DNA from: Thaumarchaeota archaeon UBA141
GTDB lineage: Archaea; Thermoproteota; Nitrososphaeria; Nitrososphaerales; UBA141
Length of the DNA: 49,985 nucleotides
NCBI GenBank assembly: GCA_002495315.1
Contig: DAEN01000051.1
Span: forward strand, 1 to 49,985
Direction of reading: 5' to 3'
Shown here: positions 38,053 through 47,837 of the stretch, in pieces
Layout: each line of letters starts with the position of its first letter
Position numbering within the stretch: the stretch's first letter is position 1
Translations under genes and position numbers: made by a program
Notes under the pieces: generated by a model
Databases searched by the model: none
What the model was told of the DNA's origin: nothing
The model's input: only the letters and a program-made list of their open reading frames with translations

Positions 38053-38850
38053 CTAGTTGCTGCTCTTTACAATATCGAGGAATTCTTCAACTACGTGGTT
38101 GAAGAAGGCCGGTTGCTCCAGGCAACAACCGTGTCCAGCCCCGGCCACTTGGATATGTCTGCTTCCAGGAATCTTCTCGCTCATTTCGATGCTACCATTC
38201 AGAGCGTTGTCAAATTCGCCGGCTATTACGAGTGTCGGCACGGTGAAATCCTGACTGCCTACCGGATCTTTCCATTCCTTGATGGCCTGATAGATTTGCA
38301 TGATGGTTTGGACGTTCAAGTTCGGGGCTATCTTCAGGAATTGGCTGATTAGATACTTGCCAAGGTCGCTTTTGACAAACTGTTCGCTTAGTAGAGATTT
38401 TAGATGCACCGGATAGTAAGTCAAAACTCCCTCGTTCCCGTAGCGTTCGATATTCTTATCCGCAAACTGTTTGGAATTGGGATTTGAATAAGATCCCGTC
38501 CCGACGAGTATGAGGGCTCTTACTAGATCTCCATGGTCGACGTAGAGCTGTCTTGCTATTATCCCGCCTACCGAAATACCCATAACGATTGTTTTGGTTA
38601 TTCCTGCTGTTTTACAGACGGAAAAAACGTCATCTGACATATCACGAAGGGTGAAATCTCCTCCTGGCTTATCGGAGTGGCCGTAGCCTCGAAGGTCCAT
38701 CGAAGTGGTTCTGTACGACGTGCTGAATTTGCTCACTTGGTACATCCAGAGGCGATGATCAAAGGGGTTTGCATGTACTAGAAGGAGGTCCGGTCCTAGG
38801 CCGGAGGTCTCGTAGTATATCTTGACTTTTCCATTATTGGCCCACGGCAT
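38053..38850 (-). CDS. Alpha/beta-fold hydrolase
   Basis: Motifs DLRGYGHS, GISVGG (nucleophile elbow), GEFD and GAGH. Confidence 0.88.
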   Translation of the reverse strand: MPWANNGKVKIYYETSGLGPDLLLVHANPFDHRLWMYQVSKFSTSYRTTSMDLRGYGHSDKPGGDFTLRDMSDDVFSVCKTAGITKTIVMGISVGGIIARQLYVDHGDLVRALILVGTGSYSNPNSKQFADKNIERYGNEGVLTYYPVHLKSLLSEQFVKSDLGKYLISQFLKIAPNLNVQTIMQIYQAIKEWKDPVGSQDFTVPTLVIAGEFDNALNGSIEMSEKIPGSRHIQVAGAGHGCCLEQPAFFNHVVEEFLDIVKSSN

Positions 38851-38886
38851 CAGAATGTCTACAACGCTGTCTCAATAAATCGATAT

Positions 38887-39660
38887 TTAACGCATCCCTG
38901 GGATGGGATCGACAGGTTTTCTGCATATTGTGGCAGCTACTGCTATGTCATCCGGGTAATTGTCGAAGAAGCTTCTGAATTCTCTCATCATGCGTCTAGC
39001 TTGAGGGTTCTTTGCGGATGTCCAGAGCGCCTTCCCCATATCCATGACGGTGGCAAGTTTTTCTCTGTGGAAGTCATCCAAGAACTTGGACCTGAGGGTC
39101 AGACGCTTGATTCCGAACTGCATAACAGAGAAACCTGTTTCGGTGAGAATCTTCCTCCAGGCGGGTTCATCCATAGGCTGAAATGGGAGTCCAAAAAAAT
39201 TGTTTAGTTCTTCTTGTTTCTGAGATGATAACTTCTCCCTGAGGTTTATCAGCTCAAGCAAAGCTAACGTCCCTCCCGGTCGGAGATTCAGGAAGATCTC
39301 GCGTATCAAGGGTTCCTTTCTGTGGATAAACGCTAGTATTGATTCCGCAAATACTGCGTCAAAGGCTCCATCTGGAGTCTTTGGATCGTCTTTGTTAAGG
39401 ACTGATGTGGAGATGGTATTGCTGACGCCCGTTTTATCAGCTGTCGTGACGGTCTTCTTAACCAGATCATCTGAGATATCCATCGCCGTTAGGCAGCAGC
39501 CATATTTCGACGCTAAATATATCGCGCTCTTTCCAAAGCCACAACCGATATTGAGTATCCTCATGCCCGCCTGAGGTTCTATACGATCGGCAAGCCCGAA
39601 AGGAACGTCAAAGCCGTAGAGCCATTTTGACTGCATGTAACGGAGATCCCTGAAGGACAC
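38887..39660 (-). CDS. Class I SAM-dependent methyltransferase
   Basis: Motifs ILNIGCGFG, FDAVFAESIL and LRPGG. Confidence 0.85.
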   Translation of the reverse strand: MSFRDLRYMQSKWLYGFDVPFGLADRIEPQAGMRILNIGCGFGKSAIYLASKYGCCLTAMDISDDLVKKTVTTADKTGVSNTISTSVLNKDDPKTPDGAFDAVFAESILAFIHRKEPLIREIFLNLRPGGTLALLELINLREKLSSQKQEELNNFFGLPFQPMDEPAWRKILTETGFSVMQFGIKRLTLRSKFLDDFHREKLATVMDMGKALWTSAKNPQARRMMREFRSFFDNYPDDIAVAATICRKPVDPIPGMR

Positions 39661-39765
39661 GTCTGAGTTACGTTGTCACCACTTTCGTATATCTCTTCGA
39701 GCTGAAAAATGATCGACTAATTCTCCACTGAAAAGTTAACTTCGTTACCATATCAGTATGTTGCC

Positions 39766-40536
39766 ATGGATCGGCATAGGCTCCTTGGGAAGGTTGGAGT
39801 AGTCACAGGCGGCGGCTCGGGAATAGGAAGAGCGACGGCGGAGCTCTTCGCTCATGAGGGAGCAAAGGTGGTGGTCGTAGATAACATATCTCTAAGTGGC
39901 GAAGAGACAGTTCAACTTATTGAGAAAGGAGGCGGCAATGCGTTGTATCTTAACGCAGACGTATCAATAGATGGTCAAGTCCGCGAAATGGTCGAATCAA
40001 CTATATCAAAATTCAAGAAAATTGACATTCTCTTCAACAACGTTGGTCAAAACCTGTACAAGCCAGTGTTAGATGTCGAAGAGAGAGAATGGGATCACAT
40101 CATTGCAGTAAATCTAAAGAGTATCTATTTGGCCTCTAAGTATGCTCTTCCATATATGATAAAGGGTGGAGGTGGCAGTATAGTCAACACCGCGTCCACT
40201 TTCGGTCTCATTGGAAACCCAAAGATGCCTGCTTATTGTGCTTCTAAGGGGGGCATAGTGTCTCTCACTAAGCAGATGGCTTTGGATTATGCCGCGCATA
40301 ATGTTCGAATTAATTGTATTTGCCCTGGTCCAACGCTTACGCCCAGAATCGCAAAGAAGATAAGCTCTGTTGAAGATCCTGACGGATACCGACAAGATCT
40401 CCTTTCCACTGTCCCTCTTGGCAGGTTCGCTGAGGCTATTGAAATAGCCCACAGTGTCCTCTTCCTTGCATCTGATGAATCATCATTTGTCACTGGATCG
40501 GCACTTGTGGTGGACGGTGGCCAAACAGCACATTGA
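39766..40536 (+). CDS. Short-chain dehydrogenase/reductase
   Basis: Motifs TGGGSGIG, FNNVG, YCASKGG and VDGG. Confidence 0.93.
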   Translation: MDRHRLLGKVGVVTGGGSGIGRATAELFAHEGAKVVVVDNISLSGEETVQLIEKGGGNALYLNADVSIDGQVREMVESTISKFKKIDILFNNVGQNLYKPVLDVEEREWDHIIAVNLKSIYLASKYALPYMIKGGGGSIVNTASTFGLIGNPKMPAYCASKGGIVSLTKQMALDYAAHNVRINCICPGPTLTPRIAKKISSVEDPDGYRQDLLSTVPLGRFAEAIEIAHSVLFLASDESSFVTGSALVVDGGQTAH

Positions 40537-40692
40537 TGTTGTATGATTCTTGTACGCTGAGGTTGGTTCAACACTCAGAAATGGGCTTTCTATCAATCCC
40601 TTCTCATTTTTAGAGGAAAAACTAGATTTACTCTATTTTATTCTGTATTTGAATAGTCATAAGATTTAACATGTCGTAATATCTATTGGAAA

Positions 40693-41670
40693 ATGAAAGT
40701 CGTAATGAGTAGCCTATCCAGAGGAAAACTACTCGAGTTCTATCGGAAGATGCTTTTGATGCGAAGGTTTGATGAGAAGGCGGGCGAGTTAATAGCTGAT
40801 GGAGAGCCGATCTATGAAACTCATCCCGTCATGGGTCAAGAAGCTGTACCCGTCGGCGTCTGTGCCCATTTAGAGCGGGGTGACTATATTGTCCCAAACT
40901 ATCGGAATCACGGTCACTGTATAGCTATGGGGATGAATGTAAAAGGGATGATGGCGGAGCTCTATGGAAAATCCGGTGGAGTCTGTAAGGGAAAAGGTGG
41001 TCCCATGCACATGGCGGACATGTCGAAAGGCGTTCTCCCAGGAATCGGAATCGTGGGAGGTACTATACCTCCTGCCGTTGGCGTGGCGCTGGCAGCGAAG
41101 ATGAAACAGACCGATCGCGTTTCTGTATGTTTCTTTGGTGACGGAGCTACTTCCATAGGCGCCTTTCATGAAGGATTGAATCTGGCGTCTCTCTGGTCAC
41201 TTCCTGTGATCTTTGTATGTGAAAACAACCAATATGCTAGCCGAGATCCGCTAGAACTGACTAGTCCTGTCAAGGACGTGGCAACTCGTGCCTCCGCTTA
41301 CGCTATACGTAAGAGAACTGCTGGAGGAAACGACGTTTCCGAAGTCTACAAGGCTGCTGGCGAATCAATAAGGGATGCTAGGAAAGGTAAAGGTCCAACC
41401 TTACTGGAATTCAAGACCTTCCTTACTGCACCGCATTCACTTAATCCCGTGATGTATGAAAATGTTCCAAAGGCTGAACTAGCGAAATGGAAAAAGAAAG
41501 ATCCTGTGCAACTCCTGCGCGGTAGATTAGTCAAGGCGAATCTCCTCACAAGGCAAGCAGATGAACAATTGATCGCAGAGGTGGCTAATCAAATAGAAGA
41601 CGCCTATACTTTCGCAAGAAAAAGTCCATATCCATCTCCCAAAGAAGTCCTAGAGGATTTGTACGCGTAA
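40693..41670 (+). CDS. TPP-dependent 2-oxoacid/acetoin dehydrogenase E1 alpha subunit
   Basis: Motifs GQEA, YRNHGH, GKGGPMH and FGDGA...CENNQY. Confidence 0.92.
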   Translation: MKVVMSSLSRGKLLEFYRKMLLMRRFDEKAGELIADGEPIYETHPVMGQEAVPVGVCAHLERGDYIVPNYRNHGHCIAMGMNVKGMMAELYGKSGGVCKGKGGPMHMADMSKGVLPGIGIVGGTIPPAVGVALAAKMKQTDRVSVCFFGDGATSIGAFHEGLNLASLWSLPVIFVCENNQYASRDPLELTSPVKDVATRASAYAIRKRTAGGNDVSEVYKAAGESIRDARKGKGPTLLEFKTFLTAPHSLNPVMYENVPKAELAKWKKKDPVQLLRGRLVKANLLTRQADEQLIAEVANQIEDAYTFARKSPYPSPKEVLEDLYA

Positions 41671-41688
41671 TAGGACTGGTGTTGAGTT

Positions 41689-42654
41689 TTGCGTGAGATT
41701 TCTTACAACGATGCAATCAATGAAGCACTCTCTGAAGAGATGAGCAGAGATGATGCGGTTTTTCTGATGGGTGAAGGTGTTCATTCACCGGCCGCACTTG
41801 TAGATCGATTTGGGACTGAAAGAGTGAGAACTACGCCGATATCAGAGAATGGTTTCGGAGGAACGGCAGTGGGAGCGGCTGTTGTTGGCCTCCGGCCAGT
41901 CGTGGAGTTTCGAAATGCAGCATTTCTCTTGTCTGGATTTGATCAGATCGTCAGCAATGCTGCGAAGCTGCGTTACATGTCTGGTGGACAGCTCACAATT
42001 CCCGTAGTCTTTATGCTCAGTTTTTCTTCTGGCCTTCGCAGAGGTGCCCAACACAGCTTCAATCCATTATCTTGGTTTGCGAACTGTCCTGGATTGAAGA
42101 TTGTTGTACCGAGTACGGCATACGATGCCAAGGGACTCCTAAAGACTGCTATACGCGACAACAACCCGGTTATCTATATGCGACAAGGAATGGTCGCAAC
42201 AACAAGGGGGGAAGTACCAAGAAAAGACTATACTATTCCATTTGGTTCTGCTGAGATTCGTCGAGAAGGTGTTGATGTTACAATATTGGCGACACTTAAT
42301 TCAGTCTCGATGAGTCTTGCGGTAGCAGAGAAACTTGCTAAACAAGGGATCAGCGCTGAAGTAGTCGATCCCAGAAGCTTAGTGCCACTAGACAAGAAGA
42401 AAATCCTGAGCTCAGTGGAAAAGACAGGACGGCTAGTAGTCGTTGATGAGTCATATGAAACTGCAGGCTTGGCTAGCGCGTTGGCTGCTATTGTGGCCGA
42501 AGAAGGATTTCAATATCTCAAGTGTCCAATAAAACGTGTTTCTACACTCGATGTACCTTTTCCATACAGTCCTCCCTTGGAAGATTACATGCTTCCAACT
42601 CCAGAGAAAATCACGAAAGCGGTTCGAGAAACGTTCAACACGAAGTCCCGTTGA
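41689..42654 (+). CDS. 2-oxoacid/acetoin dehydrogenase E1 beta subunit
   Basis: Motifs TPISE, GLRPVVE, AQHS, PGLKIVVPST and DPRSLVPLD. Confidence 0.92.
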   Translation: MREISYNDAINEALSEEMSRDDAVFLMGEGVHSPAALVDRFGTERVRTTPISENGFGGTAVGAAVVGLRPVVEFRNAAFLLSGFDQIVSNAAKLRYMSGGQLTIPVVFMLSFSSGLRRGAQHSFNPLSWFANCPGLKIVVPSTAYDAKGLLKTAIRDNNPVIYMRQGMVATTRGEVPRKDYTIPFGSAEIRREGVDVTILATLNSVSMSLAVAEKLAKQGISAEVVDPRSLVPLDKKKILSSVEKTGRLVVVDESYETAGLASALAAIVAEEGFQYLKCPIKRVSTLDVPFPYSPPLEDYMLPTPEKITKAVRETFNTKSR

Positions 42655-42983
42655 ATGATCTAGCATGACATGCATTCTTCTTTAAATGAGATTGTGGTCG
42701 TATTAGGATCCAAGCATCATTCAACTTCATTACTTCAGGATTCAGCTAACAAGTACGACAATCCTTCTGTTTTCTGTTCTGCATATCACAAATTACATGA
42801 ATTACGAGAATTTCGAAAGACAGTGGTGCCATTGAATGCTAATGATCTGCTATTTGTCGTTCACGTCTCGAGGCATCCTTTTTTGCCAGATGCAAGTGTA
42901 CTTGCGGGTGCACTTGTAGGTTTGAACGGACTCTTGCCGCCAGGCTCTACCGTATCCGTTCAGACTCCTCCATTTGGGATGGG

Positions 42984-44363
42984 TTACATTCTTTCCTTTA
43001 TTGGAGCGGTAAACTTCCCGTAGCCTGGCTTCACCACAACCTCTGCATTCTCCATGACTACCTTGCCCCTCAGGATGGTGTAGAGCGGTATCCCCTGGAC
43101 CTCTTTGTCTTCGTAGGGTGACCACCCTACTTTCGTGTACAGATGTTCTGAAGTTATGGTCCGCTTCGCCTTGAGATCGATGATGGTGAGGTCGGCGTCG
43201 GATCCCACGGCTATCACTCCCTTCTTGGGATAGAGGCCAATAAGCTTGGACGGCTCTTCGCAAGAGATCTGCACAAGTCTGTTCAGGGTTATGCGTTCCT
43301 TATTTACTTCTGTCAACATCATCGAAAGATAGTGTTCCAGCTGAGGGCTGCCAAACGGGGCACTCCACGCATCCTTCCTTGCTACGGCGATCTCTTCTTC
43401 GGTATGAGGAGCGTGGTCCGTCGCTAAGACACTAATCGTACCATCATTTAGCGCCTTCCAGACGGCATCAATTCTATCTCTGCTGAAGAAGCCAGCGGGC
43501 ATGGCCAATGGCCCTATCTTGTCGAGGTCGGATCTACCAAGCAGGAAGTACTTTGGGTCGACCTGAGCACTGACATTTAGTCCCTCCTGTCTTGCCTTCC
43601 TGATTAGATCTATTGCCCTAACGGAATGTGTATGAAGAAGATGGAGGCCTACACCGGTCTCTCGTGCTAGCGCCAGGAGCGAAGATATGGAACTTTCATA
43701 GATAAGTTCGTCCACGTAGACTTCTGAGAAGGCTTCGTAGTCTCGTCTACCAATATTCCAAAAGTCCTCAGATTTGGCATCGAATATCTGCATATCACAG
43801 GGATGAACTAGACACGGGAGCCCGGTTTTGCGAACCTCGCGAAAGGTCTTCAGCAGGAGACCATGATCCTCTATGCATACCCTTGGATCGTGAGGATATG
43901 CTCCTCTGACCATGAATACTTTGAAGCCAGAGGCTCCTGCTGAGGCCATTCCTTCAGCAGCCCCAAGGCTCGGAAAGACGAAATGACCAAAGTCTACGCT
44001 GGCCTTCCCAGAAGCCAGAGCCTTCTTCTCTTCCAAGGTCTTTACGCTGTTTGTAGGCGGTTCCGTGTTTGGCATGTCTACCAACATAGTTACTCCACCT
44101 GCTGCGGCTGCTTTCGTACCAGTCTCAAAATCCTCTTTGTGTGTGTAACCCGGCTCTCTCAAGTGAGCGTGAGTGTCTACCAGACCGGGAATGACGATCT
44201 TCCCTTCGGCATGAATTGACTGGGTCGCGTTAGCCAGAGAGGTGTCGTTCGTGATGCCTGCTATCCTGCCACCATCAACAAGAATGTCCGCTTTGAGCAA
44301 CTGGCCTGCCTGAAATATCATTGCGTCTCTTACTATGAGATCATATGTAGTCATGCACAACAT
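42984..44363 (-). CDS. Dihydroorotase/allantoinase-family cyclic amidohydrolase
   Basis: Motifs DTHAHLREPG, DMPNT, GFKVFM, TDHAPH and KVGWSPY. Confidence 0.9.
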   Translation of the reverse strand: MLCMTTYDLIVRDAMIFQAGQLLKADILVDGGRIAGITNDTSLANATQSIHAEGKIVIPGLVDTHAHLREPGYTHKEDFETGTKAAAAGGVTMLVDMPNTEPPTNSVKTLEEKKALASGKASVDFGHFVFPSLGAAEGMASAGASGFKVFMVRGAYPHDPRVCIEDHGLLLKTFREVRKTGLPCLVHPCDMQIFDAKSEDFWNIGRRDYEAFSEVYVDELIYESSISSLLALARETGVGLHLLHTHSVRAIDLIRKARQEGLNVSAQVDPKYFLLGRSDLDKIGPLAMPAGFFSRDRIDAVWKALNDGTISVLATDHAPHTEEEIAVARKDAWSAPFGSPQLEHYLSMMLTEVNKERITLNRLVQISCEEPSKLIGLYPKKGVIAVGSDADLTIIDLKAKRTITSEHLYTKVGWSPYEDKEVQGIPLYTILRGKVVMENAEVVVKPGYGKFTAPIKERM

Positions 44364-44364
44364 C

Positions 44365-45360
44365 TCATTGAAAAGTCGGGGCGACTTCCTTCATGAAGAG
44401 CTCCATCATCTCCAACATAGATTCTGACGAGGAAGCTAAGAACTTCAATTCGAAGCCCTCGACGCCTGTAACCTCGAAATCCTTCATTCTTCTAGCAACT
44501 GTTTTGGGAGAACCTATCAAGTTTGCGGTACCGAAATCTCCAGGATGTGTTCGTCTGGTCTCCTTCAACGTCGAAAATGTATCCAACGTCTTGGAGGATA
44601 TTGACGTGGCTTCGTCTTCACTGCTAGCCAGACAAAGGAAGGATTCGTTATAGATCTCCAGCTCTTCCATATTCCTGCCTCTCTCCTTCATCAAGGGCTC
44701 GAGCTTCCTTAGCCCTATTGATATGTTCTCGGCGCTTGTAGCTGGTAGCCAGCCATCACCAAATCTAGCCAACCGGTTCAGAGCTTGATCGCTGATGCCC
44801 GAGGCTATCCAGAAGGGAAGCCCATCGGGCTTCGGGTAGAAAGATGCATCTTTGAAGTCCACAAATTTGCCTGTGAAGCTGCTGGTGGCCTTCTTTGAAA
44901 AGACGGTCTTGAGGGCGAGGAGGTACTCGTCAGTTATTTTGCCCCTCTTTTTCCAGGGCACTCCAAGTACCTCAAAGTCCTTTTCGACGTTTCCTATTGA
45001 CGCACAGAAGATAAGTCTCCCCCCTGAGAGTTGATTAAGAGTGGCAACTTGTTTGGCTAGAACTAGAGGGTGCCTTAGCGGTAGTACGAATGCTGCCGGG
45101 AGAAGCTTGATCCTTGTCGTAGCCGCTGCCACATAAGCAAGGACGGTGCTGCTTTCGTAGAAGTTGAGCTTACTATCTGTTTTATCCAAGGCTTCTACGG
45201 TGCCCGCAGAAAAATGGTACTTTTGACTCTCCCCCCAAGGTATATGGTCATGAGCAGTCAGTAGGTCGTACCCCAACCTCTCAGCTTTTCTTGCTACCTC
45301 CAAAACGACCGAAGGTATCGCGAAAGGGCCGGAATTGGGCAGTCTAACACCAAACCTCAT
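44365..45360 (-). CDS. LLM-class (probably F420-dependent) oxidoreductase
   Basis: Motifs MRFGVRLPN, HDHI, LPLRHPLVLAKQVATL and RFGDGWLP. Confidence 0.88.
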   Translation of the reverse strand: MRFGVRLPNSGPFAIPSVVLEVARKAERLGYDLLTAHDHIPWGESQKYHFSAGTVEALDKTDSKLNFYESSTVLAYVAAATTRIKLLPAAFVLPLRHPLVLAKQVATLNQLSGGRLIFCASIGNVEKDFEVLGVPWKKRGKITDEYLLALKTVFSKKATSSFTGKFVDFKDASFYPKPDGLPFWIASGISDQALNRLARFGDGWLPATSAENISIGLRKLEPLMKERGRNMEELEIYNESFLCLASSEDEATSISSKTLDTFSTLKETRRTHPGDFGTANLIGSPKTVARRMKDFEVTGVEGFELKFLASSSESMLEMMELFMKEVAPTFQ

Positions 45361-45452
45361 AGTCGAACATTAAGCTGACTATCCTAAAAATCTAGTATAT
45401 TGCAATGTTAGTCATGCTTATTTCATTCCCTATGCCCTAGTCGTCCAGGGAA

Positions 45453-45881
45453 ATGGAGAAGATTCCAATCTATACGGACCGGGTATTCAGGCCCGGACCC
45501 ATAGGCGGTAAGGCGTACATTTCGCACGCTATCAGGTGGGGCGATCTGGTCTTTGTCTCGGCAAAATATGGGGTCGATCCCTCTGGGAGACTAGCGGAAG
45601 GCGTTGAGAAACAGACAATTCAAACTCTTGAAAATATCGGCCTCATACTAGATGCGGCTGGAACATCTCTAGAAGGCGTCTTGAAAGCAACCATCTTTGT
45701 TAAGGAGATAAAGAACTTCTCTATCATAGACGGTGTATACTCTAAATATTTCAGAGTCGCACCAGCGCGGAGCTTCATCGAGGTATCAAATCTCTTAGTT
45801 CCTGGTGTCCATGTCCAGATCGAGGTCGTTGCGGGAATGATAAAGAAGACTAATGAACAAGTAGCTGATAATATCAGATAG
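45453..45881 (+). CDS. RidA-family enamine/imine deaminase
   Basis: QTLENI..IL.AAG, PARS (catalytic Arg) and QIEVVA. Confidence 0.88.
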   Translation: MEKIPIYTDRVFRPGPIGGKAYISHAIRWGDLVFVSAKYGVDPSGRLAEGVEKQTIQTLENIGLILDAAGTSLEGVLKATIFVKEIKNFSIIDGVYSKYFRVAPARSFIEVSNLLVPGVHVQIEVVAGMIKKTNEQVADNIR

Positions 45882-45884
45882 GGC

Positions 45885-47561
45885 TTGGGCCTAAAGTTCC
45901 CTATATTCCTCGCAGTCTCTGTAGCTGCTTTCATCATGATCCCTATAGGCATGTTGATAGTGGGTAGTTTTTCTTCTTCGGGGCTTGGAGAGCCGCTGGT
46001 CCCTTCGACGCTAAACTATGAGAAGGCCTTTTCGGACAAGCTATTTTTCCCATCACTGACCAATACTATCATCTTTGCGGTAGGTAGTACAATACTTGCC
46101 ATCAGCGTCGCCGTTGGAATGGCATGGATAGTGGTTCGGACTGACACACCAATGAAGAGATTCGCGGAATTCTTACCAATATTTCCACTACTATTGCCCC
46201 CAATGATGGATAACATAGCTTGGATTTTTTTGATATCACCAAGGGCTGGAATAATCAATAGGTTTCTCCAGGACGCCTTCGGCTTACAACCACTCTTCAA
46301 CGCATTCAGTCTCTCTGCTATGATATGGGTCTTCGGCCTTTCGCAAGTGCCTCTGGCCTACCTGATTATAGCTTCGGCCTTCACTTCTCTTGATCCTTCC
46401 CTGGAAGAGTCTGCTACTGTAAGTGGATCGGGAGTGATTAGGACTTTCTTCAGGATCACAGTACCACTCATGGTACCAGCTATACTCTCTGCTGGTATCC
46501 TGACCTTCGTGGCCACAATGAGATCCTTTGAAACGCCTACTCTCCAGGGCATCCCTGGAGGCGTTTTCGTCTATGTATCGAGGATTTACTCGGCGATGCA
46601 GCTCTCGACGCCACCTGATACTGGCCTGGCTACGGCCTATTCGGTTGTACTACTTGCAATAACATTGTTAGCTGTGGGCTTATACCTCTGGAGCTTGAAA
46701 CGTGTGTCGAAGTTTCAGGTGATCACTGGGCGTGGTTATAGGCCTAGAATCATTGCCATAGGGAGATGGAAGTATGCAACTCTGGCCTTCGTCTTCTTCT
46801 ATTTTGCAGTAGCTGTCCTCTTGCCGTTCTTCGTGGTGACCGTCATGTCGGTGATGCCATACTTCAGCTATAGCCTCCTCTCTGAGAATCTATTAGGATC
46901 CCTTACTCTAAGGAACTACATGCGCATCTCCGACCATCCTCTAATCACAGAGGGCATGTTCAACAGCGCGTGGTTTGGTTTGTCGTCCGCCTTCTTATGT
47001 GTCTTCATCGGGTTCGTCACCTCCTATATTGTCTACCGGACGAGACTGAGGGGTAGGAAGTTCCTTGAGGCCATAGGGACGATTCCAATAGCCTTCCCTG
47101 GCCTCGTGATAGGTCTGGCCCTCTTGTGGACCTTCTTCTATATGCCAGGAAAGATATACGGAGGTCCGATCGCTGTCATTTTGGCACTCATAGTTTTCAA
47201 ATTGCCTATAGCATTACGTTCGTTATCGGGATCTATCGTACAAATTCATCATGAGCTGGAAGAAGCTGCGCGGGTTCACGGTGGAAGCTGGGCCTATACG
47301 TTCCGACGGATTACCTTCAGCCTAATGAAGCCAGCACTAGCCGCTGTATCTCTCTTCCTATTCTTGGCCGCCTTCAAGGAGGTTGGAGCTGTGATACTCC
47401 TATCGGGTCCTGGTACAACCGTCGCTGCTGTTGCGCTTTTCAACTATTACGGAACTGGGCAGTGGATGGCTTTGTCTGCAGGGGCAGTAGTCTATTCCAT
47501 TGTGCTATTCGCAGTAGTTGTAGCGGCCAGATTCATATTCAAGATCAAGCTAAGACTGTAG
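45885..47561 (+). CDS. ABC transporter permease, FbpB-type with two fused TM domains
   Basis: Two EAA loops (DPSLEESA..SG and HHELEEAA..HG) and many hydrophobic helices. Confidence 0.9.
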   Translation: MGLKFPIFLAVSVAAFIMIPIGMLIVGSFSSSGLGEPLVPSTLNYEKAFSDKLFFPSLTNTIIFAVGSTILAISVAVGMAWIVVRTDTPMKRFAEFLPIFPLLLPPMMDNIAWIFLISPRAGIINRFLQDAFGLQPLFNAFSLSAMIWVFGLSQVPLAYLIIASAFTSLDPSLEESATVSGSGVIRTFFRITVPLMVPAILSAGILTFVATMRSFETPTLQGIPGGVFVYVSRIYSAMQLSTPPDTGLATAYSVVLLAITLLAVGLYLWSLKRVSKFQVITGRGYRPRIIAIGRWKYATLAFVFFYFAVAVLLPFFVVTVMSVMPYFSYSLLSENLLGSLTLRNYMRISDHPLITEGMFNSAWFGLSSAFLCVFIGFVTSYIVYRTRLRGRKFLEAIGTIPIAFPGLVIGLALLWTFFYMPGKIYGGPIAVILALIVFKLPIALRSLSGSIVQIHHELEEAARVHGGSWAYTFRRITFSLMKPALAAVSLFLFLAAFKEVGAVILLSGPGTTVAAVALFNYYGTGQWMALSAGAVVYSIVLFAVVVAARFIFKIKLRL

Positions 47562-47837
47562 AATCACGACCTCAACCGAATAGGTTGGTAGAGGGAGAGT
47601 TCTGGCGCGAATCCCATAAACTTAGTCAGAGTGGAGCTGCTCATTTTGAGTCTTTGAATATGCCACGAATCTCATCTGAATTAATAGTCCAACGTCTGGA
47701 AAAATCTCTTTCACTGAAAATTGTAAAAGACTGTCATCTTTAAGACCCCATTAGGCATATGAAAAACGATGCCAGAGATCAGGATTCTTGACAAACGTAA
47801 AGGAGAATTTCTGCAACAGGGTTAAGATGAGCACGCA

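Noticed and set aside
42670..43263. ORFs 42670..43023 (+) and 42850..43263 (-)
   Set aside because: They overlap the amidohydrolase, have no motifs and look like shadow frames.
47769..47825. 18-codon ORF MPEIRILDKRKGEFLQQG just upstream of the Ord-like gene (possible leader peptide)
   Set aside because: No amino-acid bias or attenuator structure; too short to support.
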